Positions 9,233-18,531 of a DNA stretch of 64,000 bases are shown in pieces. Below the pieces are notes generated by a model. It was not told the DNA's origin. It worked only from the letters and a program-made list of their open reading frames with translations, and did not search any database. The stretch is from contig JAXMNT010000017.1 of the NCBI GenBank assembly GCA_034670305.1, positions 64,001 to 128,000 of the forward strand, in the 5' to 3' direction. A program made the position numbers and the translations under genes. This DNA is from Deltaproteobacteria bacterium. Its GTDB lineage: Bacteria > Myxococcota_A > Polyangia > Polyangiales > Houyiibacteriaceae. Every line of letters begins with the position of its first letter. Within the stretch, counting starts at the first letter, position 1.

Positions 9233-10627
9233 TCAGTCGTCGTCGGTGAGTTTGGCGAGTCGGTAGCGAAACGACCGGAAGGTCATGCCCACGAGCTCAG
9301 CGGCTTTGGTGCGGTTGCCGTTGGCGACGTCCAGCGCCTCCAGCAGCAGCCGCTTCTCGATCGCCGCGAGGTGCGCGTCGAGGTCGATGCCCTTCGAGAG
9401 ATCGAGTCCAGGGTCGGTCGGGAACATGGAGGGCGGCCGCGAGGGGGTGCCGCCGAGGTCTTCCACCGAGAGGACGGGCCCCCGCCCGAGCGCGACCGCC
9501 CGCTCGACCACGTTCTCGAGTTCGCGGACGTTGCCGGGAAACGAGCGGTGCGAGAGCCACCGAAGGGCCTCCTCGGAGAGGCTCAACGTTCGGCGCTGAA
9601 GCGCGGCGTGTTTCTCGAGCAGGTGTTCGGCCAAAGGTCGGATGTCCTCCGGGCGCTCTCGAAGCGGTGGCAGCACGAGGCGGATCACGTTCAGCCGGTA
9701 GTAGAGATCCTCTCGAAAGTTGCCGGCCTCGATTTCGGCTTCGAGGTCTCGGTTGGTCGCAGCCACCACCCGCACGTCGACCGACGTCTCCGACTCGCTC
9801 CCGATCGGCCGGACTTTGCGCTCTTGGAGCACCCGCAGGAGTTTGACCTGCAGGGGCAACGGGAGTTCGCCGATCTCGTCCAGGAAGAGGGTGCCGCCGT
9901 CCGCAGCTCGGACGAGCCCTTCTTTGGCCGCCGATGCACCGGTGAACGATCCCCGCTCGTGTCCGAAGAGCTCGCTCTCCATCAGGTTCTCGGGCAACGC
10001 GCCGCAGTTCACGACGACGAACCCCGCCTCTCGGCGGTCGCTCTGTTCGTGAAGCGCGCGGGCGACGAGTTCTTTGCCGGTGCCACTCTCGCCGGTGATG
10101 AGCACGCTGGTTGGCGCTGCGGCCGCACGCGCGATCAGCTCCCGGAGCTGGGCGAGTTTGGCACTGACGCCCACGATGCCAGAGTCACCGCCGCGCACCT
10201 GTCGGCGAAGGGTGTGGTTCTCGCGCACGATCGACGTTTTCTCGAGGGCCTTCTCCAACGTCGCGAGGAGCACGTCGTTTTTGAAGGGCTTCTGGAGGAA
10301 GTCGTAGGCGCCGCCCCGCATCGCTTCGACGGCCCGTTCGGTCGTCGTGTAGGCCGTGATCACGATCACCTGGGTCTCGGGCGCGCGTGCGATCGCCGAC
10401 TCGAGCACGTCGAGTCCCGAACCATCCGGCATCAGCAGATCGGTGAGGATCGCGTCGAAGGGTTCGTCGGCGGTTTGAATGCGGCCGCGCGCGGCCACCA
10501 CGCCTTCCGCTTCCGTCACATCGTAGCCGGAGCGTTTGAGCAAGGTGTGGAGCATGCGACGCAGGTTCTGCTCGTCGTCGCACACGAGCACGCGCGCACC
10601 GGTCGTCGCCCGTCCGTCTCCGTCCAT
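9233..10627 (-). CDS. pilR: Sigma54-dependent NtrC-family response regulator (PilR-like)
   Basis: Receiver (VCDD, TDLLMP, KP), [21 protein letters not shown] and a Fis-type HTH with RSFRYRL; immediately upstream of the pilins. Confidence 0.85.
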   Translation of the reverse strand: MDGDGRATTGARVLVCDDEQNLRRMLHTLLKRSGYDVTEAEGVVAARGRIQTADEPFDAILTDLLMPDGSGLDVLESAIARAPETQVIVITAYTTTERAVEAMRGGAYDFLQKPFKNDVLLATLEKALEKTSIVRENHTLRRQVRGGDSGIVGVSAKLAQLRELIARAAAAPTSVLITGESGTGKELVARALHEQSDRREAGFVVVNCGALPENLMESELFGHERGSFTGASAAKEGLVRAADGGTLFLDEIGELPLPLQVKLLRVLQERKVRPIGSESETSVDVRVVAATNRDLEAEIEAGNFREDLYYRLNVIRLVLPPLRERPEDIRPLAEHLLEKHAALQRRTLSLSEEALRWLSHRSFPGNVRELENVVERAVALGRGPVLSVEDLGGTPSRPPSMFPTDPGLDLSKGIDLDAHLAAIEKRLLLEALDVANGNRTKAAELVGMTFRSFRYRLAKLTDDD

Positions 10628-10733
10628 CACGCCGGCCCCATCCCGCACACGCCGAACGCAGCTTCGGCGAGGCCACTCGCTTGGATGCGGGGGAGCGCGC
10701 TCATACCGTCACTCTAGCAGGCCAGGAACAGGC

Positions 10734-11012
10734 TCAGGCGAATCCGGTCTTGCGCTCGCCCGGTGCGGTCGTGCCTTTGACTTCGACGACGTAGACCGCC
10801 GCGTAGGTCGCGAACACTTCCTTCTCTTTTTGTCCGAGCCGGACGTAGCCGTCTTCGAGCGTCACCGTGAGGACCTCCTGCACCGGCATCGCGCCAATGG
10901 CCTCCCCGAGGTAGAACGTCACCCGATGTCCCTCGGAAGTCGTGAAGGTCGACCCCTTCTTGGAGAAGCCGTTGGAGGATTCGAGAATTGCGCTGAGCGT
11001 CTTGGACTCCAT
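10734..11012 (-). CDS. Small hypothetical protein
   Basis: 92-aa ORF with natural composition that fills the gap. Confidence 0.7.
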   Translation of the reverse strand: MESKTLSAILESSNGFSKKGSTFTTSEGHRVTFYLGEAIGAMPVQEVLTVTLEDGYVRLGQKEKEVFATYAAVYVVEVKGTTAPGERKTGFA

Positions 11013-11042
11013 CGATCCGATGGTTGGAACCCCAGGAGAGCC

Positions 11043-12107
11043 CTGTCAAGCGCCGCCACAGAACGACGTGCCCGTCGGCTCGCCGCGATCGGGTGCGTGC
11101 TGGGGCTGATGTGCGTGGCGTGTTCGCCCGCCGAGGTCCGTCGCGGCCGCCGATCCATGTCGGAAGGTCACTTCGAGGATGCGGCGCGACACTACGCACT
11201 GGCGGCCGCCGACGAACCGAACAACGCCGCCCGGTGGCGCGACCTGGCCCGCGCGGAACTCCTGGCCGAGCGTCCGATCCATGCACGCCGTGCGTTCCGC
11301 CGACTCGCCCGACTGCGCCCGAACGACCCGCGGCCGGTCGTGGAGATCGGGTTCACCCAAGAGCTCGAGCGCGACTACGACCAGGCGCTGGCCACGTACC
11401 TGGAAGCGGTCGTCGTCGATCCCGAAGACGCCTATCCGTACCGCGTGCTCGGAACGCGGCTGTTGCGCTGGGGCAAGGCGGACGAAGCGATCGAACCACT
11501 CGCGCGCTCGGTGGAGATCGATCCTTCCCACCCGGAGACCTGGAAAGCGCTTGGGCTGGCGCACCATGCGGCGGGCCAACCAGAGGCGAGTGAGTCCGCG
11601 TTCCGCGCCGGACTCGAACACCATCCATCGGACCTCGGACTCAACTTGAGTCTCGCGGCGTTGCTCATCAACGCGGGCCGGTTCGAGCCCGCGCTCGAGA
11701 TCTACGATCGGTTGATCGAAGGGCTGCCGCGGTTCGCTGCAGCGCACGTCGGTCGTTCGCTCATTCTCCACGAACTCGGACGAGAGAACGAAGCGGAGGC
11801 GGCGCTCATCCGTGCGGTGGCGGTGGCGGACGATCCGGCGCGCTACGAGCGGCGGCTCGAGGCGTACCGGGCGTTGAGGCGGCGGGGCGTTCGGGCGCGC
11901 CGGGTGGGGCGCGACGGGGGCGGAGCCGGTGCCGAAGCCGAAGCCGAAGCCGAAGCCGAAGCCGAAGCCGACGCCGATGCCGAAGCCGAGGCCGATGCCG
12001 AAGCCGAAGCCGAAGCCGATGCCGATGCCGAGGCCGATGCCGAAGCCGATGCCGAAGCCGATGCCGAAGCCGATGCGGAAGCCGGTGCCGAGGCCGACGG
12101 GACCTAG
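11043..12107 (+). CDS. TPR-repeat lipoprotein with Ala-Glu/Asp tail
   Basis: Lipobox-like CVAC and multiple TPRs; tail encoded by a GCCGAN array. Start uncertain (11043-11109). Confidence 0.8.
   Translation: MSSAATERRARRLAAIGCVLGLMCVACSPAEVRRGRRSMSEGHFEDAARHYALAAADEPNNAARWRDLARAELLAERPIHARRAFRRLARLRPNDPRPVVEIGFTQELERDYDQALATYLEAVVVDPEDAYPYRVLGTRLLRWGKADEAIEPLARSVEIDPSHPETWKALGLAHHAAGQPEASESAFRAGLEHHPSDLGLNLSLAALLINAGRFEPALEIYDRLIEGLPRFAAAHVGRSLILHELGRENEAEAALIRAVAVADDPARYERRLEAYRALRRRGVRARRVGRDGGGAGAEAEAEAEAEAEADADAEAEADAEAEAEADADAEADAEADAEADAEADAEAGAEADGT
11925..12098 (+). repeat. Degenerate GCCGAN hexamer array (in frame)
   Basis: Tandem GCCGAA/GCCGAT/GCCGAG/GCCGAC units. Confidence 0.95.
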
Positions 12108-12122
12108 GACTCCCAGTCGCGG

Positions 12123-12920
12123 TCAGTGGCCCTGGTACTTGGGCGCCCGCTTCTCGCGAAACGCGGCGAGGGCTTCCAGCCGGTCTTGGGAGTTGAGGGT
12201 CTGCTCGTAGCAGCGGCGTTCGTGCAGCAGGCCGGCGTCGAGGGTCATCTCGGTGGCGGCGTCGATCGCACTCAACGCGGCGCGCACGGCGATGGGGGCA
12301 GAGGTCGCGAGCTGCTGCGCCATCGAGGTCGCGAGGTCGCGCGCGCTCTGGCCGGGCTCAGAGACCCGGGTGACGATGCCGAGGGCGAGGGCTTCGTCGG
12401 CTTCGAGCCGACGTGCGAAGAGGATCAAGTCCTTCGCGATCGCCGGACCGACGAGGCGGGTCAGCCGCTGGGTGCCGCCAGCGCCAGGAATGATTGCGAG
12501 CGACACCTCCGTCAGACCGACCTTGGCTTTCGGCGACATGACCCGCAGGTCACACGCGAGCGCGAGCTCGAGTCCGCCGCCGTACGCCACCCCGTCGATG
12601 GCCGCGAGGATGGGTTGGGGCAGCCGGTCGATCGCGTCGAAGGTCGAGCGGTACAAACCGAGGAAGTCGCGCACGTCCTCCTGGGTCATGTCCTTGCGCT
12701 CTTTGAGATCGGCGCCCGCGCAGAACGCCCGCTCGCCTGCGCCTGCGAGCACCACCACCCGCACGCTGGCGTCCTCCGCGGTCTGGCGGGCGAGCGCGCC
12801 AAGCCGGCGCACGGTCGCGCGCGAGAGCGCGTTCATCCGGTCGGGTCGGTCCAGGGTCCAGAATTCGATCGCGCCTTCTCGGCGGACCCGAATGCCATCG
12901 AGCAACTGGTCGGTCGTCAT
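12123..12920 (-). CDS. Enoyl-CoA hydratase/isomerase (methylglutaconyl-CoA hydratase-like)
   Basis: [44 protein letters not shown]. Confidence 0.93.
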   Translation of the reverse strand: MTTDQLLDGIRVRREGAIEFWTLDRPDRMNALSRATVRRLGALARQTAEDASVRVVVLAGAGERAFCAGADLKERKDMTQEDVRDFLGLYRSTFDAIDRLPQPILAAIDGVAYGGGLELALACDLRVMSPKAKVGLTEVSLAIIPGAGGTQRLTRLVGPAIAKDLILFARRLEADEALALGIVTRVSEPGQSARDLATSMAQQLATSAPIAVRAALSAIDAATEMTLDAGLLHERRCYEQTLNSQDRLEALAAFREKRAPKYQGH

Positions 12921-13000
12921 GCCCAACCTTCTGCCCGCTCCATCAACACTCCGTCAAGCCAACGCGCTCCAGTCTCACGAAGCGCGCGAGGCCCGCGAGG

Positions 13001-13561
13001 TCAGGAGCAGTACGCGAGGAAGTCTCGGACGTCGCCGCGGAGGCGTCCCTCCACCTCCGACAGGCCGCGCGAGCCGGCGTGGTTGCGCTCTCGGTCCGGA
13101 TCGTACCGGTACGTCGCCTCGTCCAGCAGGAGGATCTCGATCTGAGCGTCGTCGCCCGCCCCCGGGAGAATGCGGAGTTGGCCTGGCACCGGGGCGGGGA
13201 GGGCATCCCCGAGTCGTTCGCGGTCCTGGGCCGAGACCCATTCGATCGCGAAGCGGGTGTCGTCGAGGCGCACGTCGACCTCCATGGGAGACGCTTCGCC
13301 GATGCTCACATCGAACGCTGCATTCGGCGCGCGACCGGCTTCTCGGACCACCTGCGCCACGATCTGAAGCGCTTGCGCTTCGGTGAGTGAGCGCAGCTCA
13401 TGCGCGGTGGGGGTGCGCGGCCCGGTGGGCGGGCCGCAGTGCAGGAGCAGAAGCGCAAGGGCCAACCCGCAGGACCACGTCGTCGTGTTCCTCACCGGTG
13501 GCGGGATTCGTTTCGGGTCGGAGGCTCGGGGAGGATCCGCTGGTGTCCGCAAAGAAGTCAC
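13001..13561 (-). CDS. Hypothetical exported protein/lipoprotein
   Basis: LALALLLLHC segment; GTGA overlap with the upstream stop. Confidence 0.7.
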   Translation of the reverse strand: MTSLRTPADPPRASDPKRIPPPVRNTTTWSCGLALALLLLHCGPPTGPRTPTAHELRSLTEAQALQIVAQVVREAGRAPNAAFDVSIGEASPMEVDVRLDDTRFAIEWVSAQDRERLGDALPAPVPGQLRILPGAGDDAQIEILLLDEATYRYDPDRERNHAGSRGLSEVEGRLRGDVRDFLAYCS

Positions 13562-14118
13562 TCGAGGGTGAGGGGGTAGTGCGCGATCATGTCGGGTCCA
13601 TCGAAACTCGGAAGCGACATCTGGCGCGCTGCGGTGCGCAGGCAGTCGCCCGCCTCGCCGCCAGTGACGGCGGACGGACCCCGAAGATTCACCCGGGTGA
13701 CCCGGCCGGAAGAAGCGATGCGGAGCCCGAACGTGATTCGCCCGCGCGACTCCCCTTCCACCAAGATGAGACAGCGGCGGATCCGGGGGAACACCTGGTC
13801 GAAGCCGCTCTCGATCTGGGCGTTGGTCAGCTGCTGCTCGCCCGCTCCACCGACGCCATCGATCTCACGGGGGTCGTTCTCACCCAAATCGTCGTCGCCT
13901 TGGAACATGCCTCCGCCGCTCATGCCCATGCCTCGCCGTCCACGACGGCCGCGTCGGCGCATTTTGGTTGGCGCCTCCTCGACTTCCTCTTCGAGCTCGA
14001 CCTCCATCGCGACCGGCTCGGGCTCGGCGTCGGCGAAGATCAGGCCTTCCGTGTAGGCGTAGCCGAAGCCGCCCCAGAGCACGCTCGCCAACCCGAATCC
14101 TGCGAAAAAGCGTCCCAC
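13558..14118 (-). CDS. AgmX/PglI C-terminal (TonB-C-like) domain membrane protein
   Basis: N-terminal TM; IRRC...G.I...SG.V...DCL...SLPSF...YPLTL pattern. Confidence 0.75.
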   Translation of the reverse strand: MGRFFAGFGLASVLWGGFGYAYTEGLIFADAEPEPVAMEVELEEEVEEAPTKMRRRGRRGRRGMGMSGGGMFQGDDDLGENDPREIDGVGGAGEQQLTNAQIESGFDQVFPRIRRCLILVEGESRGRITFGLRIASSGRVTRVNLRGPSAVTGGEAGDCLRTAARQMSLPSFDGPDMIAHYPLTLE

Positions 14119-14209
14119 GGACGGGTGATAGCACGCGCGTCTGGAGCCGACAGTGCAACTCACACCCCTGTTTGACCACACTGTGGGCGGGGACTACCGT
14201 CCGGACGCT

Positions 14210-14908
14210 GTGAACCGAGCATTCTGCATTGTTTTTGGGCTGGTCCTTACCGTTGGGGCCTTCGCATCGCCCGGTCCGTGGGGCGGACCGTCGCGTGCGC
14301 TGGCACAAACCACTGGCGACGACGATCTCCCGCCCGCACTGCGGGAATCCACGCTCGACCCAGAGCTTCATGGACCGGCCGAGCCCGAGTCGGAGAGTCC
14401 TCCGCTTCGGATCGTCGCTGGGATCGGGGGGGGCGCGACCATCCGACTCGTCAAGCACCTCGACCTTCAGCAAGAGCGGTTCGCGCCGAGCTACCTCGAG
14501 GTCTTCGGCGGTGTCGTGTTGCCGGTGGGCGGACGAATTGGCCACCAGGTCACCCTGGCCGTCGCCACGAACCTGTCCGGCGACGGCTCGTACACCGCAG
14601 GCATCGATCCCCTCCAGCAGTGGACGCTGACGCCGGCGTACACCGCACGCATCTCCTTCCCAGAAGATCCCGTGCCCGACTGGATCCTGTTCGGCCGGTT
14701 CGGTGTGCCGCTGACCTTGTCCTCGGACTTCTCGTGGGGCCTCGGCCTCGACGTGGGCGCGGCCTACATGTTCACCGCCGGCATCGGGGTGTACGTGGAG
14801 ATCGACTACTCCATGTACTTCGGCGCCGACGACCGCAGTGGCAACGCCACGATTCACCCGCTCCTGAGCGGTGAGCTCGGCGTGCTCTTCGACATCGAGG
14901 TGCTCTGA
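14210..14908 (+). CDS. Outer-membrane beta-barrel protein
   Basis: Signal peptide; alternating amphipathic strands ending GELGVLFDIEVL. Confidence 0.7.
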   Translation: MNRAFCIVFGLVLTVGAFASPGPWGGPSRALAQTTGDDDLPPALRESTLDPELHGPAEPESESPPLRIVAGIGGGATIRLVKHLDLQQERFAPSYLEVFGGVVLPVGGRIGHQVTLAVATNLSGDGSYTAGIDPLQQWTLTPAYTARISFPEDPVPDWILFGRFGVPLTLSSDFSWGLGLDVGAAYMFTAGIGVYVEIDYSMYFGADDRSGNATIHPLLSGELGVLFDIEVL

Positions 14909-15378
14909 TGAAACGTTCTCACTTGGGCGTACGACCCCCAAACTCCGCCCTGGTGACGCGCCTCGCTCGCTTCGCTCGGCGTCACCGCGTCGTCTTTCAG
15001 CTCCCGATGATGTTGGTGCTGCTCACCCTTGTGGTGGGACCCGCGCCTGGCGAAGTCGGCGGATGTGGCCAGGGCGACGTCGTCGCCGACGCGACCGATC
15101 ACTGCCGTCAGACCCGGTACTGGGATTGCCGCCGCCAAGAAGCCCGCATGGAGATCACGGCCGACGAGGTCCAGGGCTGCGTCGATGCCGTCGAAGCCAT
15201 GTGTGCTGGTCGCACTTGGCTCGCCAGTTGCGCACCGTTTCCGCTCCGCAGCCAGTCTCAGGCGTGCATCGATGCGTTGGCTCTTCCGGGCAATGTGTAC
15301 TTCGATCCCAATGGAGACGAGTCGTACGACATCAATGAGATCCCCGAGTGTCAGCTCTGCTCGGGCGGAGGTTCGTGA
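14908..15378 (+). CDS. Cys-rich exported hypothetical protein
   Basis: Hydrophobic stretch then GPAPGEVGGC; several Cys; overlaps both neighbours. Confidence 0.7.
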   Translation: MKRSHLGVRPPNSALVTRLARFARRHRVVFQLPMMLVLLTLVVGPAPGEVGGCGQGDVVADATDHCRQTRYWDCRRQEARMEITADEVQGCVDAVEAMCAGRTWLASCAPFPLRSQSQACIDALALPGNVYFDPNGDESYDINEIPECQLCSGGGS

Positions 15379-16520
15379 TGATGCAGCGCAACGTACTCGT
15401 TTTCTCCCTGCTCACGGGCCTCGTGGGCTGCGCAATCGTGGCCGGCAAGTCGGACTACCGCGCCTACCGTCACGTCGAACTCGCGGACGACGACCAGTCT
15501 CGCCAGCGGGCGATGGCGCGCTACATCGAAGAACACCCGGAAGGCCGATGGGCGCCCGACATTCAGTCTGAGCGCGCGCGTCAGGAACCAGGTCTCTTCG
15601 AAGCCAGCAAGTCCACCGGCGCCGGCCTCCAGTACTACCTCGAGATCTACCCCTCCGGTCAGTTCACCGATCAGGCGCAGGCCCGCCTCGCCGCGCTTCG
15701 TTCGGTCAGCAAGAACCGCGAAGGCGAGTCCACCGCGCGTGCTGATGTGCAGCGCGAACGTCGTCAGGACACCCTGGAGGAGCGTCGTCAGTGGGCGACC
15801 AAAGCGGTCACCTACTGGAGCCGCATTCTTCTGAGCGTGGACAACTGGGGCAGCCCCATCGCCGAGGTCGCCGGTGGCAACGCCGAGTTCAACCGCGCGT
15901 TCGGTGCCCAGCCCGCGCCGCGCTGCAGCCGCGCCGAGTGCATCAAGTTCTACGAGCTCGGGTTCGCGATCCCGGTGCCGGGTCAGACCCGCATCGAACG
16001 TCGGCTGCGCCTTCTGCTTCGACTCAAACTCGAAGAGGGCAAACTCGTCCGCGCCGAGATGCTGATGCCCGACCGCGGCTTCTCCCGCTGGTACGAACTG
16101 CAGAACCAACAGTTCATCGCCGACGCTGATCCGGAAGCACGCCAGTTGGCGATCAACTGGGTGCTCGAGCAGGTCATCCCACTCATCCGCGAGATGTCGC
16201 CGACCGCTCAGGGCGTCGACGTCGTGCCCGAGCCGATCGATCCACCGACGGTGCGTGCGCCGAACCAGCCGGATCCAGGTGCCTCTCAGGTGCCGGGCGA
16301 AGCCGCCGCCGGCGACGCGCCCTCGGGTCCCGCTGCGCCTTCCGGACCCGCCGAAGAGGTGGCGCCGGTCAGCCCCGATTCGCTCGTGCTGCCGATGGCC
16401 CTCCAAGGGCTTCGCATCGGTGATCTTCGGGTGGTGGTCTTCGCGGCCGCAGACGACGACGAGGGTCCTGCCTACGACGGGATCTTCCTCGAGCACTCGA
16501 GCGCCACGCCCTCCGAGTGA
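15378..16520 (+). CDS. Hypothetical lipoprotein
   Basis: LVGC lipobox; Y..E(H/Y)P.G helical repeats. Confidence 0.8.
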   Translation: MMQRNVLVFSLLTGLVGCAIVAGKSDYRAYRHVELADDDQSRQRAMARYIEEHPEGRWAPDIQSERARQEPGLFEASKSTGAGLQYYLEIYPSGQFTDQAQARLAALRSVSKNREGESTARADVQRERRQDTLEERRQWATKAVTYWSRILLSVDNWGSPIAEVAGGNAEFNRAFGAQPAPRCSRAECIKFYELGFAIPVPGQTRIERRLRLLLRLKLEEGKLVRAEMLMPDRGFSRWYELQNQQFIADADPEARQLAINWVLEQVIPLIREMSPTAQGVDVVPEPIDPPTVRAPNQPDPGASQVPGEAAAGDAPSGPAAPSGPAEEVAPVSPDSLVLPMALQGLRIGDLRVVVFAAADDDEGPAYDGIFLEHSSATPSE

Positions 16521-16528
16521 CGTCCCCG

Positions 16529-17938
16529 ATGCGGCTGAGAAGCGCAGTGATTGTTGGCCTGCTCGCCTGTGTTGCGTGCGGCGACGACGACGCGATGGGT
16601 CCGCGCGATGGCGGACCACCCCCGCTTCCGTCCGCGTCCCTGGGCCACATCGTGGCGTTCGAGGGGCACCAGACGTTCGTCAACGATCTGGTCGTCGAGG
16701 ACGGTGGTTCGCTCCTGGGCGCGACCATCGTGCCGGAGCCCGGCACACCGATCGAGATCGTCGAGCAGCAGTGCGTCGCCGATCGATGCGGGTTCGTCGC
16801 GCGCGTGCTCGACACGCGGAACAACCGCGGGGTGGGGGTGCCTTCGCCCATCGACGCGCAGAACCACTTCTTGATCGTGCAGCGCGGGGGCGTGGACGCG
16901 TACCGTGCGCTCGTCACCGTCAACCCGGTCGATGAACTCACCGGGCGCGGCACCGAGCCGGCGCGGGTGGGACAGGCGATCTTCCTCGCGACCTCGGTCA
17001 CGTCCGATGTGGGGAGTCAGTTCATCGCAGCCACCGACGACCCGGTTCGCTGGGTCTCGTTCGGCGACGTCCGGTTGGAGGGCGACTTCCTTCTGAACGA
17101 TTCGCTCGGACTGGCCGGCGGCGGTCTCGGCGGCGACCCTCAGTCCGACGCGCCCGGTTCTTTCGGCGGCGGCGGTTCCACCGAGGGCGGCGGCGGAGGC
17201 GGCGGACACCTCGAGGTGGGCAGCCCGGGCCAGCTCGCGGGCGAACCCGACGCGGGCGGCTCCGGTGGTGCGGCCCGAACCGAAGCGCCGGGCGCGTGTC
17301 TCGCCGACTTCGCCCGAACCGACTGCGGTGGCGGCGGTGGTGGTGGTGGACGGGTCGGTGCGGGTGGCCGTGGCGCAGGTTCGATCCTCATCGCGTCGCT
17401 TGGCGACGTCGTGCTGTCCGGCAACATCCTTGGGGCTGGCGACGATGGTGTGGACGATGGTGGCGCGGGTGCGGGCGGCGCGGTGTTCCTCTCGGGGCGG
17501 ACCGTCGCGCTCAACACCCGGCCCACCCTCGCGGGCGGCACCGTGAGCGATGGACCGGTGCCGGGCGGCGTCGGCAGCCCGGGGGTGCTCCGACTCGACA
17601 GCCCCGAAGCGGTGACCGGTGTGTTCGCCGACCCGGCCTCGGTCCCGCGTCTGACCAGTGACGCGCGGGTCGAACTCTCCGGTCAGACCCTGCCGGACAC
17701 CATTGTGGAAATCGAACGAGACGGCGCGGTCGTGGGCTCTGCGACGAGCGACGGGACCGGCGCGTTCGCGGTGTCGGTCGACCTCGCGGCTGGACTCAAC
17801 CGCCTCGCGGTCTTCGCCAACACGGACGCGGGCCGGATTCGATCGTGGACGGGCACGAGCTTCGAGTTCTTGCGGGTGGGGGACGCGCGGCAGGCGCTTC
17901 CGGTCGGTGCGCTGACCGACGTCGTGTACCTGCCGTGA
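16529..17938 (+). CDS. Gly-rich lipoprotein with C-terminal Ig-like domain
   Basis: ACVAC lipobox; GGGGG tracts; LSGQT.P...VEI...G.F.V.V.L..G.N Ig-like motif. Confidence 0.8.
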   Translation: MRLRSAVIVGLLACVACGDDDAMGPRDGGPPPLPSASLGHIVAFEGHQTFVNDLVVEDGGSLLGATIVPEPGTPIEIVEQQCVADRCGFVARVLDTRNNRGVGVPSPIDAQNHFLIVQRGGVDAYRALVTVNPVDELTGRGTEPARVGQAIFLATSVTSDVGSQFIAATDDPVRWVSFGDVRLEGDFLLNDSLGLAGGGLGGDPQSDAPGSFGGGGSTEGGGGGGGHLEVGSPGQLAGEPDAGGSGGAARTEAPGACLADFARTDCGGGGGGGGRVGAGGRGAGSILIASLGDVVLSGNILGAGDDGVDDGGAGAGGAVFLSGRTVALNTRPTLAGGTVSDGPVPGGVGSPGVLRLDSPEAVTGVFADPASVPRLTSDARVELSGQTLPDTIVEIERDGAVVGSATSDGTGAFAVSVDLAAGLNRLAVFANTDAGRIRSWTGTSFEFLRVGDARQALPVGALTDVVYLP

Positions 17939-18531
17939 CCAAGCCGCCCGAGGACCCTGGTTCCGAGCCATCGGGTTCCGATCCATCGGGCTCCGAGCTG
18001 TGGTCCAGCGAGTTGCTCGTCAGCGACTCCATGGGACGGCTGATTCAGTTCTGGGGCTTCAAGCGGAACATGGGCCGCGTGTGGGCGGTGCTCTACCTGA
18101 GCGACGAACCGCTCAGCGCCAAAGACTTGCAAGACCGCCTGCAGCTCTCGAGTGGCGCGGTGTCGATGACCGTCAACGAACTCGCGCGGTGGAGCGTGGT
18201 CAAGAAGGTCTGGAAGCAAGGCGACCGCCGCGACTACTTCGTCGCGGAGGGCAACTTCTGGAAGATGATCTCGCGGGTCTTCAACGAACGAGAACGCGTA
18301 GAGATCCTCGACACCATCGACGCGATGGAAGAGGCGCTCACGTACGCGAAGGCCAAGGCGAAAGAAGGACCGGAGGAGGAACGCGCCAAAGCCGAACTCC
18401 AGGTCGAACGCATTGGGCAACTGCTCGAACTCGCGCGGCTCGGCAACCAGCTCCTGATCGCGCTGCTCGCCAAAGCGACCGTCGATGCCCGGCCGTTGCT
18501 TGGCATCCTGCTCGGCCAACGCGACGAGTGA
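17935..18531 (+). CDS. GbsR/MarR-family transcriptional regulator
   Basis: WGFKRNMGRVWAVLYLS.EPLS...L.LSSGAVSM...EL..W..V....GDRRDYF.AE. Confidence 0.9.
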   Translation: MTKPPEDPGSEPSGSDPSGSELWSSELLVSDSMGRLIQFWGFKRNMGRVWAVLYLSDEPLSAKDLQDRLQLSSGAVSMTVNELARWSVVKKVWKQGDRRDYFVAEGNFWKMISRVFNERERVEILDTIDAMEEALTYAKAKAKEGPEEERAKAELQVERIGQLLELARLGNQLLIALLAKATVDARPLLGILLGQRDE

